32,000 nt of DNA, taken from contig NZ_CP053627.1 of NCBI RefSeq assembly GCF_013177435.1, positions 330,001 through 362,000 of the forward strand, in the 5' to 3' direction. Position 1 is the first letter of the stretch. Each line of letters starts with the position of its first letter. Source of the stretch: Xylella taiwanensis (GTDB lineage: Bacteria; Pseudomonadota; Gammaproteobacteria; Xanthomonadales; Xanthomonadaceae). Made by a program: the position numbers and the translations under genes. The notes under the pieces are model-generated. The model was given only the letters and a program-made list of their open reading frames with translations. It was not told the DNA's origin and made no database searches. Shown piece by piece: positions 1 to 9,450 of this stretch.

Positions 1-1350
1 TTGCATGTGGGCGATCAACTGAGCGTAGCAGGCAGTGCCATCCTCAAAGGGGGCGAACTGCAGGTGCTGGGCAAGCGTGATTATGTGAGCTTGAATACCT
101 TCTACAGCGTGTTGCATGCCGATGGTGGCTTGACCGGCACGTTCTCGGGGTTGACCTGGGGTCCGGCGGTGCTGCTTGGACAAGGTCAGCTTAACTACGA
201 TGGCAACAATGCTAACGTGACGCTCCAACGCCTGGACGTCAGTGCGGCGGCCCGTGCATTGGGGATTGTCGATGATGTTGCGCAGGCTTCTGCCAATCGT
301 GTCGAGCATGCGTTCCGTGAGCTTGACGTACAGCAGGCCCAAGGCCGTGGCCGGTTGCCCAGCACTTTTATTGCGGCGGCGGCGGCCTTGCAACAATCGT
401 CTAGCCCGCAGGTGGCGGCGGCTTCATTGCAAAGTTTGTCCGGGCAAGGGCATGTTGCGGCGGCGGCGGCCAGCTTTGATGCCATTGATGTGGGACGGCG
501 CAGCCTTGCCACGCGTCTGGATGAGCGTACGCCTGGTGAGCGTGTTGTGACGTGGCGTCAGGCCTTGGGTGGTCCCGGCCAAGATGGGGCCGCCGGCGGC
601 ACATTCGCCCTGTCTGGATGGTTACTTGGACACGATACACAACTGGCCTCCGGCGACATTGTTGGTTTTGCTTTTGGTCAGATCAATGCCAGTCCATCCG
701 GGAGCGTGGCAGGGTTGCGTGGGCTGGACAGACAAGTGCAAGGACACGTGTATGTGCAGCGCACCCAGGGTCCGTTGTATGTCTTGGGCCAGCTTGGTTT
801 TGGCAGTTTCCAGCGGCGCCTGGACCGGCATCTGCAACTGGGTGACTGGAGCGATTGGACATCCAGCCGCTACCGCGGGCAATTTTTCAGCGGCAGTGTG
901 GAGGCTGGCTATCACTGGCGCCAGGGTGCATGGGCCTTGACTCCGTATCTTGGCCTGGATCAAACCCAGCTGCGGACAGATGGATTTCAGGAGCAGGGGG
1001 GTGCGGGCTTTGGCTTACAGGTGCAGGCCGCTCAAGCCACGCGCAGTCAGCTACTGGCCGGTGTGCGTACGCAGTGGGGCTGGCGTGGTGTGATGCTGCG
1101 GGGCTATGGTGAGTGGCAGCAGACCTTGCGTCAGAACGGGTTGAATCCCCACGCCAGCTTCACGGCGACAGCGTCGTGGACGCCCTTGGTGGCTGCACCG
1201 TGGCCCGGTCGTTCGGGCGGTGTCCTTGGATTATCAATGGTCTGGCCGGTAGGGGGGATCGCAGGACAGTGGAACATGGGTGTGGAGCACCACTTTGGTG
1301 CACGTGGTCGCGACGATAGCCTTGGCCTGCGTTACCAGCTGGGTTTTTAG
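1..1350 (+). CDS. Autotransporter outer-membrane beta-barrel (translocator) domain; C-terminal part of a larger protein whose 5' end lies outside the window
   Basis: The ORF is open from base 1. An Ala/Gln/Gly-rich linker is followed by alternating amphipathic beta-strand segments (YRGQFFSGSVEAGYHW, LGLRYQLGF-stop). It ends in an aromatic Phe, the classical OMP/autotransporter terminus. Confidence 0.8.
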   Translation: MHVGDQLSVAGSAILKGGELQVLGKRDYVSLNTFYSVLHADGGLTGTFSGLTWGPAVLLGQGQLNYDGNNANVTLQRLDVSAAARALGIVDDVAQASANRVEHAFRELDVQQAQGRGRLPSTFIAAAAALQQSSSPQVAAASLQSLSGQGHVAAAAASFDAIDVGRRSLATRLDERTPGERVVTWRQALGGPGQDGAAGGTFALSGWLLGHDTQLASGDIVGFAFGQINASPSGSVAGLRGLDRQVQGHVYVQRTQGPLYVLGQLGFGSFQRRLDRHLQLGDWSDWTSSRYRGQFFSGSVEAGYHWRQGAWALTPYLGLDQTQLRTDGFQEQGGAGFGLQVQAAQATRSQLLAGVRTQWGWRGVMLRGYGEWQQTLRQNGLNPHASFTATASWTPLVAAPWPGRSGGVLGLSMVWPVGGIAGQWNMGVEHHFGARGRDDSLGLRYQLGF

Positions 1351-1367
1351 TCTTGGGTATGGAGGCT

Positions 1368-1390
1368 GACGCACGGTGATCCCGTGCGTC
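1368..1390 (+). terminator. Candidate stem-loop terminator between convergent genes
   Basis: Perfect 9-bp GC-rich stem GACGCACGG / CCGTGCGTC with a 5-nt loop, 18 nt after the autotransporter stop. No T-run follows, so it is not a canonical intrinsic terminator. Confidence 0.3.
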
Positions 1391-1532
1391 GGTGGTGTCC
1401 CGGATGGGGGCGCTTTCACCCAGTGGCGTATTGATAGCGCACACATGCTGAGTTCATCAGTCCAAAGGGGCCATTCCAGGAATGGCAGCCGTAGTGCGTG
1501 GGACGTTTTCGTTTCCTTGATGGAGATGTGTT

Positions 1533-2717
1533 CTACAGACTTATTGATTTTCTATCGGGGCAATATTGGCAGATGCCGGCCGCGGCGAAGAGTGCCGTTG
1601 CACCACAGATAATAGCGGGCGCGATGGCGTTCGATCTGGAGTGCAGCAAACCGGTCAGCAGCGGACCGAGGATTTGGCCGATAACGCCGGTGAGTGTGAA
1701 CAGCCCAACTAAGTTGATGTGGTGTGGTGCGCGAAGTCGTCTGGTCAGAGGTATCACCAGAGATGTGGTTCCCATGAAGGTTGCGCCGAAACCGATGCAG
1801 CTGATCACTAATATTAAGGGAGTGTGACTGAGCAGTGTCAGCAATACGCAACAGCCTTGAATGAGCAGGTTGATTGTCAAGCATCGCCGCGTGCCCCAGC
1901 GGTGCGCCGCCCACAGCCAGGCAAAGCAGCTGGGAATGATGCTTAGCCCGACCAGCGACCACAGGTGTTCGGCAAAGAAAGGGACAGTGAGTGTTTTTGC
2001 CATCAGTGGCAGGTAGGTGGCGACGATGATGTAGCCGAACCCCGCACAGCTATACAGCACAGCCAATTGCCACCAGAGAAAGGCCTCTTGCCGTGCTGAG
2101 GGTGCTCCGGTCTCACGAAGCCCATCGCACCCGCGTGGTGTCAGCAGCATCAGCAGCAGCAGCAGGATAAGGGATAAAAAGCTGGCCCCACACCATAATC
2201 CACTGGCGTTCAGCCCATGACGCAGACCGATAACAACGTATTCGTTGCCCAATAAAATCCCGATACCGACGCCAGCGTACAGCGACGCAAGCACCCATAC
2301 GTTAAGCGTATGCCGCATCACGGTGATGGAGCCGAAAATCATCATGGCGGCGCTGGCAACGCCTGCTGCGAAACGGATGACCATCACCAGAAAAAAATCG
2401 TTAGTGAACGCCATTGTGAAGATCAGCACATTGGTAACAATCGCAGCGCCATATAACATCAGGCAAGTGCGTGACGTGTTGCCTAACCTGCCAAAGGAAA
2501 AAAGCAGGCTTCCCAGCAGATAGCCCGTGTAGTGAGCGCTGGCTACATAGGAAAGTTGGCTAAAGGTGAAGTAGCCTTCATCCAGCATGACCGGCAGGAT
2601 CGGCGTATAAAGAAACCGTCCGATTCCAATGCCAAGAGAGAGAATCATCATGCCAAACAACGCTGTTTTAAAATGATTTAAGTTGTTGGCAATCTTCTTC
2701 TCTTCCATTGCTCTCAT
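1533..2717 (-). CDS. MFS transporter, YbfB/YjiJ-like
   Basis: 394-aa ORF that is hydrophobic throughout (about 12 predicted TM segments). The N-terminal GIGRFLYTPILPVM...SYVASAHYTGYLLGS pattern is typical of the YbfB/YjiJ MFS subfamily. Start choice (M1 vs M4) is uncertain. Confidence 0.75.
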   Translation of the reverse strand: MRAMEEKKIANNLNHFKTALFGMMILSLGIGIGRFLYTPILPVMLDEGYFTFSQLSYVASAHYTGYLLGSLLFSFGRLGNTSRTCLMLYGAAIVTNVLIFTMAFTNDFFLVMVIRFAAGVASAAMMIFGSITVMRHTLNVWVLASLYAGVGIGILLGNEYVVIGLRHGLNASGLWCGASFLSLILLLLLMLLTPRGCDGLRETGAPSARQEAFLWWQLAVLYSCAGFGYIIVATYLPLMAKTLTVPFFAEHLWSLVGLSIIPSCFAWLWAAHRWGTRRCLTINLLIQGCCVLLTLLSHTPLILVISCIGFGATFMGTTSLVIPLTRRLRAPHHINLVGLFTLTGVIGQILGPLLTGLLHSRSNAIAPAIICGATALFAAAGICQYCPDRKSISL

Positions 2718-3191
2718 CAGTCTGGTGTGAGAGATGCATTATGCCCTTAACTCTATTTTGCACTGAAAAGCCAAGCAGACCGTACGTCATGGAATCAGGG
2801 TTTTGATCGGTCATGGTCATTGGTATCGTTGCTGGTATCGGCATTCATGTCACGACGCAATGCCTGGAGCGCCTGTCATCTCCTATGAGCAGCGACTATT
2901 CCGTCGAGGACATGGGGTGACTGAGGCGAATCCGAGTGGCTAGCGAATGTTAAGAACGATGTTCTTCTGGTGCTTACCTGTTGGCGTTCGAGATTGCTTC
3001 AAGACTGCCTGCAAAATCGACTAGCCACACGTCCACCACTCCTGTAGTAGCCGCCTCAATAATCAGGTGTAGTCGTGTTTCAGATGATCGCTTGTGTGGC
3101 AGAGCGTTGTGTTGCTTTGCCGGGTCTGCGAAATACAAGTATTCATCGAACGTCCCTTTATAAGTGACACGTACGTTGGTGTCATGATGCT

Positions 3192-3795
3192 GTGTCAATA
3201 GACGACTTGGGATGCTTCAACAACGGGACACTGCAGACAACGTGCGCCGCGAAGTGGCATCCCGGACTGCGCAGAGATACACAGCCGAAGTTCGGTCAGT
3301 TCATCACGCCTTCTGGCGTGGCCCGCTTGAGGGCGTCCCTGTTGCCCTCCAACCCCCAGAAGATCTGTCGTACTGGAGGGTGTGAGCGCTCTATCCTGTG
3401 CCTTTCTCGACCGCTGGCTGGTAGGTGGTTTTGGCGTTGCGTCCGTCGAAGCGACGGCCTACGAAATTGACGAGAAGCTGCGTGGCCACCTTGTGCAGCA
3501 CTTGGCCGGATACAGTCGCGTGAAGTCCCATATCATCGTAGGCGATTACATCGAGCTGGTGACCACCGAAGGTCTGCAGGATCGGTGGTATACCCATGCG
3601 ATTCTCAACCCGCCTTACAAGAAGATTAACAGTCAATCGGATCACCGCCTGACTCGGCGCCGTGTCGGTATCACGGCGGTGAATCTGTATTCTGTCTTTA
3701 TCACGCTGGCTGTGGGTGAGGTTGCGCCGGGCGGGCAGATTGTGGCGATCATCCCGCGCAGTTTCTGCAATGGGCCATATTACCGACCGTTCTAA
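3192..3795 (+). pseudogene. Decayed N6-adenine DNA methyltransferase (Eco57I/PstI-like gamma-class), frameshifted and truncated
   Basis: Frame 1 (3192..3470) carries KFGQFITPSGVARL, an FGQ(F/Y)xTP-type motif. Frame 2 (3382..3795) carries the catalytic motif IV, AILNPPYKK, then AIIPRSFCNGPYYRPF-stop. The expected AdoMet motif (DPGAGxG) reads LEGVSAL. There is at least one frameshift near 3350-3385. The total is about 200 aa against more than 450 aa for intact relatives. Confidence 0.7.
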
Positions 3796-4101
3796 GAGTT
3801 TTGATTTGATGAGCACGTCTGGCGTGTTACAGATATTCAGTGTGGTGGGGTATGGATGACCCATGACTCCATGAGTCATCGGGTCGGTGGTTCGCGCAGT
3901 AGGGCCGTACTACTGCACACGTGATGACTATGCTGTTTTGCTATTAATGAATAGCGATTTGTATAACGTTGATTGCGACGGGCACAGGATGCCAAACGTG
4001 AGGTTTACTGCACGCTGGTCATCGGTAGCAAGTCCGATGATGTCCTGGTATTCACTTATGTAAGGGCCCATGTCCTGTGCGTTTGATGTTGTGATTTATT
4101 T

Positions 4102-4677
4102 TTAGGTGCCTGGTACAAGCAGCGAAATGTCGCGGTCAAAGGTGAGCGACAAGCGGCCATTGGCGATGGTAGAAGATTGCAAATGTATGTTGCCCAGCAT
4201 GGCGGTCAACGCTGGATTGAGCTGGTAGACCGGCTCGTGGCGGGCATAGTCTTGCAGCCAGATGTTGAGGAGTTCACGCGTCTGTTCATCGAGTTCGATG
4301 CCAGAGTGTGCTGGTTTGAAATGGTCCAGGGTTGGGTGATCAAGGAAGAATGCTTGACGTGCGGCATCGTAGTGCAGGGCACTGCTCAGTTCGACACGTC
4401 CTAGCGGCGCTGGTTGGCCACTACCGCTGGTGATCGCCAGATCGAATGATAGTGTCATCCTGTTACCGGGCGGCAGTGCGATGTGTGGTTGGCTGGTGCT
4501 TAATTCGATCAACCCGCCCAGCAGTGCTTTCGATTGAGGAAAGTGGTTGGAGACGAATGATTGCATGTCGTCCGCCTGAATGCTGATTTCACGGCCATGA
4601 ATCTGGGGAGCCGCATATCCTGGTATGGCGGCGCTGGACAGCAGGAACAGCAGCGTGAGGATGGTATGAGGACGCAT
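4102..4677 (-). CDS. Secreted DUF1439 (YceB-like) family protein
   Basis: An internal ATG at 4677 gives the signal peptide MRPHTILTLLFLLSSAAIPGYAAP. The layout parallels YceB/DUF1439. There is no lipobox Cys, so it is probably periplasmic rather than a lipoprotein. The 31 codons upstream in the ORF track look like a spurious extension. Confidence 0.6.
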   Translation of the reverse strand: MRPHTILTLLFLLSSAAIPGYAAPQIHGREISIQADDMQSFVSNHFPQSKALLGGLIELSTSQPHIALPPGNRMTLSFDLAITSGSGQPAPLGRVELSSALHYDAARQAFFLDHPTLDHFKPAHSGIELDEQTRELLNIWLQDYARHEPVYQLNPALTAMLGNIHLQSSTIANGRLSLTFDRDISLLVPGT

Positions 4678-5150
4678 GGAAGGACGTGATCGCGTCTGCG
4701 GCGATATGCGGAAACATTTCAAAGGCGTGCTGAATGCAGCCTTAGGGACGCAGAGCAGACTAGTTAACAAAAAGTGGAAGTCCGATGCTCACAGAGCATG
4801 CTGATGGAGGAACGTCTCATCGGGCCACGGGGTATCGGTATATCGCTGTTCAAAGCCGTTTGCGATGAGACGATATAAGCAAGCCGTTATGTACCACAAA
4901 GCGGATACTTATCTACTCGGTTGCTAGCGTAGCGAATGGATTTGTTCATGGTCATTCTCTCTGGAGTTCTTTACAGATCATAGGAATGGCACGCTTTACT
5001 TAATGATTGTGAGGGGTGGGTTGCGTTGACAGTGGCCATGGATATCGACCGCTATCACCGCTTGCTGGAAGCAAGCGGAATGTCCGAGCATCAGGTCTTA
5101 AATTACTTTGCAAGTCAGTCAGCAGGCTGGGGTGTTGCTAGTGGGGGGTG

Positions 5151-6404
5151 TCATTCCCAGGCGGGTAGCTGTTTCGGTACGCTTTGATTTTTCAGACGGA
5201 CGTGCCGCGGCAATCCATTGCGGTCGTAGGGCATGGGTGCCTCACCACGGATCAACGGTTCAAAGTAGGTGCGTGCACGTTCGCTGATGCCGAAGCCGTC
5301 ACGGCGTAAAAAGCCTGCTGGTAAGGTCTTTTCATGGTTGGCAATCTTGGTGAGCGGTGCTGGTTCGATCTTCCAGCGATACGGCGTGTCGGAGGTGCGT
5401 ACGATGACCGGCATTACTGCATTCATGCCTTCCAGTGCGTAGCGCACTGCAGCCTTGCCAACAGCCTGTGCTTGTTCCCAGTCTGTTTTGGAGGCAATGT
5501 GCCGTGCTGAGCGTTGCAAGTAGTCTGGCAGTGTCCAGTGCACCTTGAGTCCGAGTGCTTGTTTGACTCGACTGGCGAGGTAAGCGGCGACGCCGCCAAG
5601 CTGGGTGTGGCCAAAGGCATCGGTGGTGCCGCCGGCATCGGCAACGAAGTGCCCGTCAGCGCTACGGATACCCTCGCTGGCGACCACCATGCACCAACCG
5701 ACTCGTTCAACCACTTGCTGGACTTTCGCCAGAAATGCCGTTTCGTCGTAAGTGCGTTCGGGCAGCAGTATGAGATGCGGTGCTTCTTCCTGCCCTTGGC
5801 TGGCCAAGCCGGCAGCTGCAGCCAGCCAACCGGCATGGCGGCCCATTGCTTCGTAAATGAAAACCTTAGTTGAGGTTTCTGCCATCGCTGCGACATCCAG
5901 TGCTGCTTCGCATATGGAGACGGCCGTGTACTTGGCGGCTGAACCGAAGCCGGGACTGGTGTCGGTGATGGCTAGATCGTTGTCGATGGTCTTAGGAACG
6001 CCGATACAGTGCAGTGGATAGTCAAACGTCTTGGCTAACTGCGAGATTTTGAGCGCCGTATCGGCTGAGTCATTACCACCGTTGTAGAGGAACCAACGCA
6101 CGTTGTGTGCTTTGAATACCTCCAGTAACCGTTCGTACTTGTCGTGATCGGCTTCAAGCGACTTGAGCTTGAAACGGCACGAGCCGAATGCGCCTCCTGG
6201 TGTATGGGTCAAGCTACGGATCGCCGTGATTGATTCTCGGGATGTGTCGATCAGGTCTTCACGCAGTGCGCCGAGGATGCCATTGCGTGCGGCGAGCACT
6301 TTGATGCGGTGCATCCGTGCTTCGGCGATGACCGCGGCGGCGGTGGCGTTGATAACAGCGGTAACACCGCCGGATTGGGCGTATAACAACGTCTCTTTTG
6401 CCAT
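5151..6404 (-). CDS. pfkA: 6-phosphofructokinase of the PfkA family with a pyrophosphate-dependent signature
   Basis: Motifs YAQSGGVTAVINA, NGGNDS, GVPKTIDNDL and MGRHAGWLA are present. The start is taken at MAKETLLYAQSGG (ATG 6402-6404), since the upstream 24 codons are non-conserved-looking. Confidence 0.9.
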   Translation of the reverse strand: MAKETLLYAQSGGVTAVINATAAAVIAEARMHRIKVLAARNGILGALREDLIDTSRESITAIRSLTHTPGGAFGSCRFKLKSLEADHDKYERLLEVFKAHNVRWFLYNGGNDSADTALKISQLAKTFDYPLHCIGVPKTIDNDLAITDTSPGFGSAAKYTAVSICEAALDVAAMAETSTKVFIYEAMGRHAGWLAAAAGLASQGQEEAPHLILLPERTYDETAFLAKVQQVVERVGWCMVVASEGIRSADGHFVADAGGTTDAFGHTQLGGVAAYLASRVKQALGLKVHWTLPDYLQRSARHIASKTDWEQAQAVGKAAVRYALEGMNAVMPVIVRTSDTPYRWKIEPAPLTKIANHEKTLPAGFLRRDGFGISERARTYFEPLIRGEAPMPYDRNGLPRHVRLKNQSVPKQLPAWE

Positions 6405-6548
6405 GTGGGACGAGCTCTTGTAGGGCGAGGGCATTGCCGGGACATCGCTTGGATGCGTTAAGCTGCGCGGCATCATGGTGCGGTGTAGGCAGATGATCGA
6501 AGTGTAACGCCGCTGACCGTTGTTTGTTTCTCTATGTGGAGTGAATTG

Positions 6549-7112
6549 ATGCGATTGGTTTTATTGGGGCCGCCTGGTTCGGGCAAAGGTACCCAGGCGG
6601 CGCAGATGAAGGAAGCATTACAGATTCCGCATATTTCCACCGGTGACCTGCTGCGCGGCGAAGTGGTTGCTGGTACTCCTCTTGGTTTGCGGGCTAAGCA
6701 AGTGATGGCGCAAGGTGACTTGGTTTCTGACGTGATTTTGATCGAGATGCTTGCGTCGCGTCTGAGTCAGGCCGATGTGGCAAAAGGCTTTATTCTCGAT
6801 GGGTATCCGCGCAATCTTTCCCAGGCCGATGCGCTGGATGAGCTGTTAGCGAAGCTCGGGCATCCTTTGGATGCCGTGGTGCAGCTAGAGGTGCCGACCG
6901 ATGTGTTGGTGGAGCGTATTGCTGGTCGTGCTCAGGCCGAAGGTCGCGAAGACGACAATCCGGATGCTGTGCGTAAGCGCTTGCAGGTCTACAACGATTC
7001 AACCGCACCGGTCATTGGTTTCTATGAGCAGCGCGGCATCCTCTTGCGTGTGAATGGTGTGGGCCGGTTGGATGAAGTTTCCCGGCGTATCGCTACTGCA
7101 CTCGGCCGCTGA
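6549..7112 (+). CDS. adk: Adenylate kinase (short-LID type)
   Basis: MRLVLLGPPGSGKGTQA contains the P-loop, and ISTGDLLR and GFILDGYPRN are present. GGAG lies 8 nt upstream of the ATG at 6549. Confidence 0.95.
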   Translation: MRLVLLGPPGSGKGTQAAQMKEALQIPHISTGDLLRGEVVAGTPLGLRAKQVMAQGDLVSDVILIEMLASRLSQADVAKGFILDGYPRNLSQADALDELLAKLGHPLDAVVQLEVPTDVLVERIAGRAQAEGREDDNPDAVRKRLQVYNDSTAPVIGFYEQRGILLRVNGVGRLDEVSRRIATALGR

Positions 7113-7399
7113 AGTGGGTTCATGTGACTTCGAATGCTAGAGAAGTGCTGCATTAATGGTTCTGCGTCATGGTGCTACCTGGTTTAGGTGGGCTCCTTCT
7201 CACCTGGAGGAGGGAAGGATATTGACTTGCCGGGAATTGGTTGTTGCCGTTGAGTGCGTGTGGCAGTGGTCCTTAGACGCAGTGTGGTGAGTGCGGTGGC
7301 GGGCGGTGGAGTGGGAGTGAGTCTCTAAAACGACTCTTCAATCATGATCGTTTATCTCTGGATGTCCGTAGCACTGTGCTGATCGGTGACAATGGCCCT

Positions 7400-8815
7400 A
7401 TGAGGACATTGCATATTCTTGGTATTGCTGGGACTTTCATGGGAGGCATCGCTGCGCTGGCTCGTGAATTGGGTTGGCGTGTTGAAGGCAGCGATCAGGC
7501 CATCTATCCACCAATGTCAACTCAATTGGAACGGCTTGGCATCACGTTGATGCAGGGCTATGTGCCCGAGCATATCGCTGAAGATTGTGCTGAGGTCGTA
7601 GTGGGAAATGCTCTGTCGCGGGGTAATGCAGCGGTGGAAGCCTTGCTCAATCGCGGGTGCCGTTATATGTCAGGCCCACAATGGTTGGCTGAACGTGTCT
7701 TGCCAGGGCGCGACACCCTTGCAGTGGCAGGGACCCATGGGAAGACCACGACAACGACGATTCTGGCTTGGTTATTGGAGGCTGCTGGGCGTGCGCCGGG
7801 GTTCCTGATCGGGGGTGTGCCTGAGGATTTCGGTGTGTCCGCGCGGCTTGGTAGCGTGCTGAGCGATGGCCGTATGGAGCAGTCGGTGGCGTCTGAGGTG
7901 CCAGCGGCTGCTCGGCCGCTGTTTGTTGTGGAAGCGGATGAGTACGACACCGCATTTTTTGATAAGCGCAGCAAGTTTGTACATTACCGTCCACTCGTGG
8001 CGATCCTGAATAATCTGGAGTATGACCATGCTGACATCTTCCCTGATGTAGCTGCGATCCAGCGCCAATTTCACCATTTGGTGCGTACCGTTCCTGGTCG
8101 TGGCCGATTGATCGTTAATGGTGAGGATCAACGATTGGCCGAGGTATTGGCGATGGGGCATTGGACGCCGGTGGAGCGTTTCGGCTTCGATCCTGAGTTG
8201 AATTGGAGTGCACGTTTGATCGCTGCCGATGGGAGTCGTTTCTCGGTCTGGCAGGAGGGATATGAAGTGGGTGAGGTGAATTGGTCGTTGCTGGGTCGTC
8301 ACAATGTGCTCAATGCATTGGCGGCCTTGGCTGCCGCACATGCGGTGGGTGTTGCCCCGGCAAAGGTCATTCCGTCGCTCACGCAGTTCCGCAGTGTCAA
8401 ACGTCGCTTGGAACGGCTGGGTCAGGGGAATGGAGTGATTGTTTACGACGACTTTGCACACCACCCCACGGCGATCGCGACCACCCTTGAGGGATTGCGG
8501 GCGAACGTCGGTCATGCGCGCATTGTGGTCGCGATGGAGATGCGCAGCAATTCAATGCGACTGGGTACGCATGCGCAGGCATTGGGACCGTCGCTACAGG
8601 CGGCTGATGTGGTCGTATTTCTGCATCATCCGAGTTTGGTGTGGGATGCGGCAGTGGTGGTTGCACAGATGCATGGTCAGGTGCATGTCGTCCATGATGT
8701 TGATGGATTGCTGTCTATGCTGGATGAGGTGGTGCAGGTGGGCGACCATGTCGTCTTCATGTCCAATGGCGGGTTCGATGGCGCGCCACGCCGATTCTTG
8801 GCGCAGTTGAGCTGA
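7400..8815 (+). CDS. mpl: UDP-N-acetylmuramate:L-alanyl-gamma-D-glutamyl-meso-diaminopimelate ligase (murein peptide ligase)
   Basis: MRTLHILGIAGTFMGGIAALA, the Mur-ligase P-loop GTHGKTTTT, EADEYDTAFFDKRSKFVHYRP and DDFAHHPTAI together form the Mpl-specific pattern. The start is taken at the ATG at 7400. Confidence 0.9.
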   Translation: MRTLHILGIAGTFMGGIAALARELGWRVEGSDQAIYPPMSTQLERLGITLMQGYVPEHIAEDCAEVVVGNALSRGNAAVEALLNRGCRYMSGPQWLAERVLPGRDTLAVAGTHGKTTTTTILAWLLEAAGRAPGFLIGGVPEDFGVSARLGSVLSDGRMEQSVASEVPAAARPLFVVEADEYDTAFFDKRSKFVHYRPLVAILNNLEYDHADIFPDVAAIQRQFHHLVRTVPGRGRLIVNGEDQRLAEVLAMGHWTPVERFGFDPELNWSARLIAADGSRFSVWQEGYEVGEVNWSLLGRHNVLNALAALAAAHAVGVAPAKVIPSLTQFRSVKRRLERLGQGNGVIVYDDFAHHPTAIATTLEGLRANVGHARIVVAMEMRSNSMRLGTHAQALGPSLQAADVVVFLHHPSLVWDAAVVVAQMHGQVHVVHDVDGLLSMLDEVVQVGDHVVFMSNGGFDGAPRRFLAQLS

Positions 8816-9367
8816 GAGGTGCTCCGGCTTCCAGCGAGAAGCGAGCTGTTTCTGTTGCACGGTCTGTTGTTCTCCAATGCCAAGGCTGTAGGGCCGTGGC
8901 TACATTGGGGTTTGTTCGTGAATAGAGCGCCTGCGGTGTACATATCCCGTGCTAGTGGTTTGGAGTGTGGAGTTCGGGTGTGGATTGATGATGTTGATGT
9001 GAGTGTTGAGGGTGTGTGCGTGATGTGTTGATGCGTGCCTGTGGCGTATACCCAGGGGGCGACACCGGCTTGGTGGTGTCAGCCAAGCACCCTGGTGCGG
9101 GTTGGACAGCGATGATGAGATCCTTAGTTGTTGGAATGGTTGCTGGAGCAAGGCTGTGGTGAGGGTGATGCGATTAGACCGCTGTAGTAGATAGCCTGGG
9201 TCCGCTTGCGGATCTTTGAAATGACAGTACGTCATCTGTACCGCTGTTTTAGCGTGATGATCCATACAAGTGACGTTCGCGTCTGATCGCAATACGTCCC
9301 GTGACAGGATAAATGTCGTACCCGTCATGTGGAGATATCCATAGACATGACGCGTGTGGCCTCTGCT

Positions 9368-9388
9368 GCCGCCCAGCTGAGGGGCGGC
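9368..9388. terminator. Candidate hairpin downstream of the DedA/PAP2 gene
   Basis: GCCGCCC-agctgag-GGGCGGC forms a 7-bp GC stem 63 nt past the minus-strand stop. TTTA follows only on the plus strand, so the orientation and function are uncertain. Confidence 0.25.
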
Positions 9389-9450
9389 TTTACGATGATC
9401 GTTGGGATGTGGATGAAGGATTCAGTGGCCGTTTCTTGTAGGCAGTCTGC

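Noticed and set aside
2140-2166. Imperfect (CAG)n run
   Set aside because: It encodes a poly-Leu stretch (LLLLLML) of a transmembrane helix in the MFS gene. It is short, interrupted and in frame.
2974-3198. 74-aa ORF divergent from the methyltransferase pseudogene, possibly the start of the cognate restriction endonuclease
   Set aside because: The position is suggestive, but I recognise no endonuclease motif and it is far too short. It is mentioned only within the R-M remnant finding.
5058-5078. 9-bp hairpin CCGCTTGCT-gga-AGCAAGCGG downstream of pfkA
   Set aside because: It could be a terminator, but it lies about 75 nt past the stop with no U-tract on either strand. That is too weak to call.
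8900-9328. 142-aa minus-strand ORF in the mpl-DedA spacer
   Set aside because: It is His/Thr/Pro/Asn-rich, as expected from the complement of G+T-skewed DNA. It has no ribosome-binding site and I see no family resemblance.
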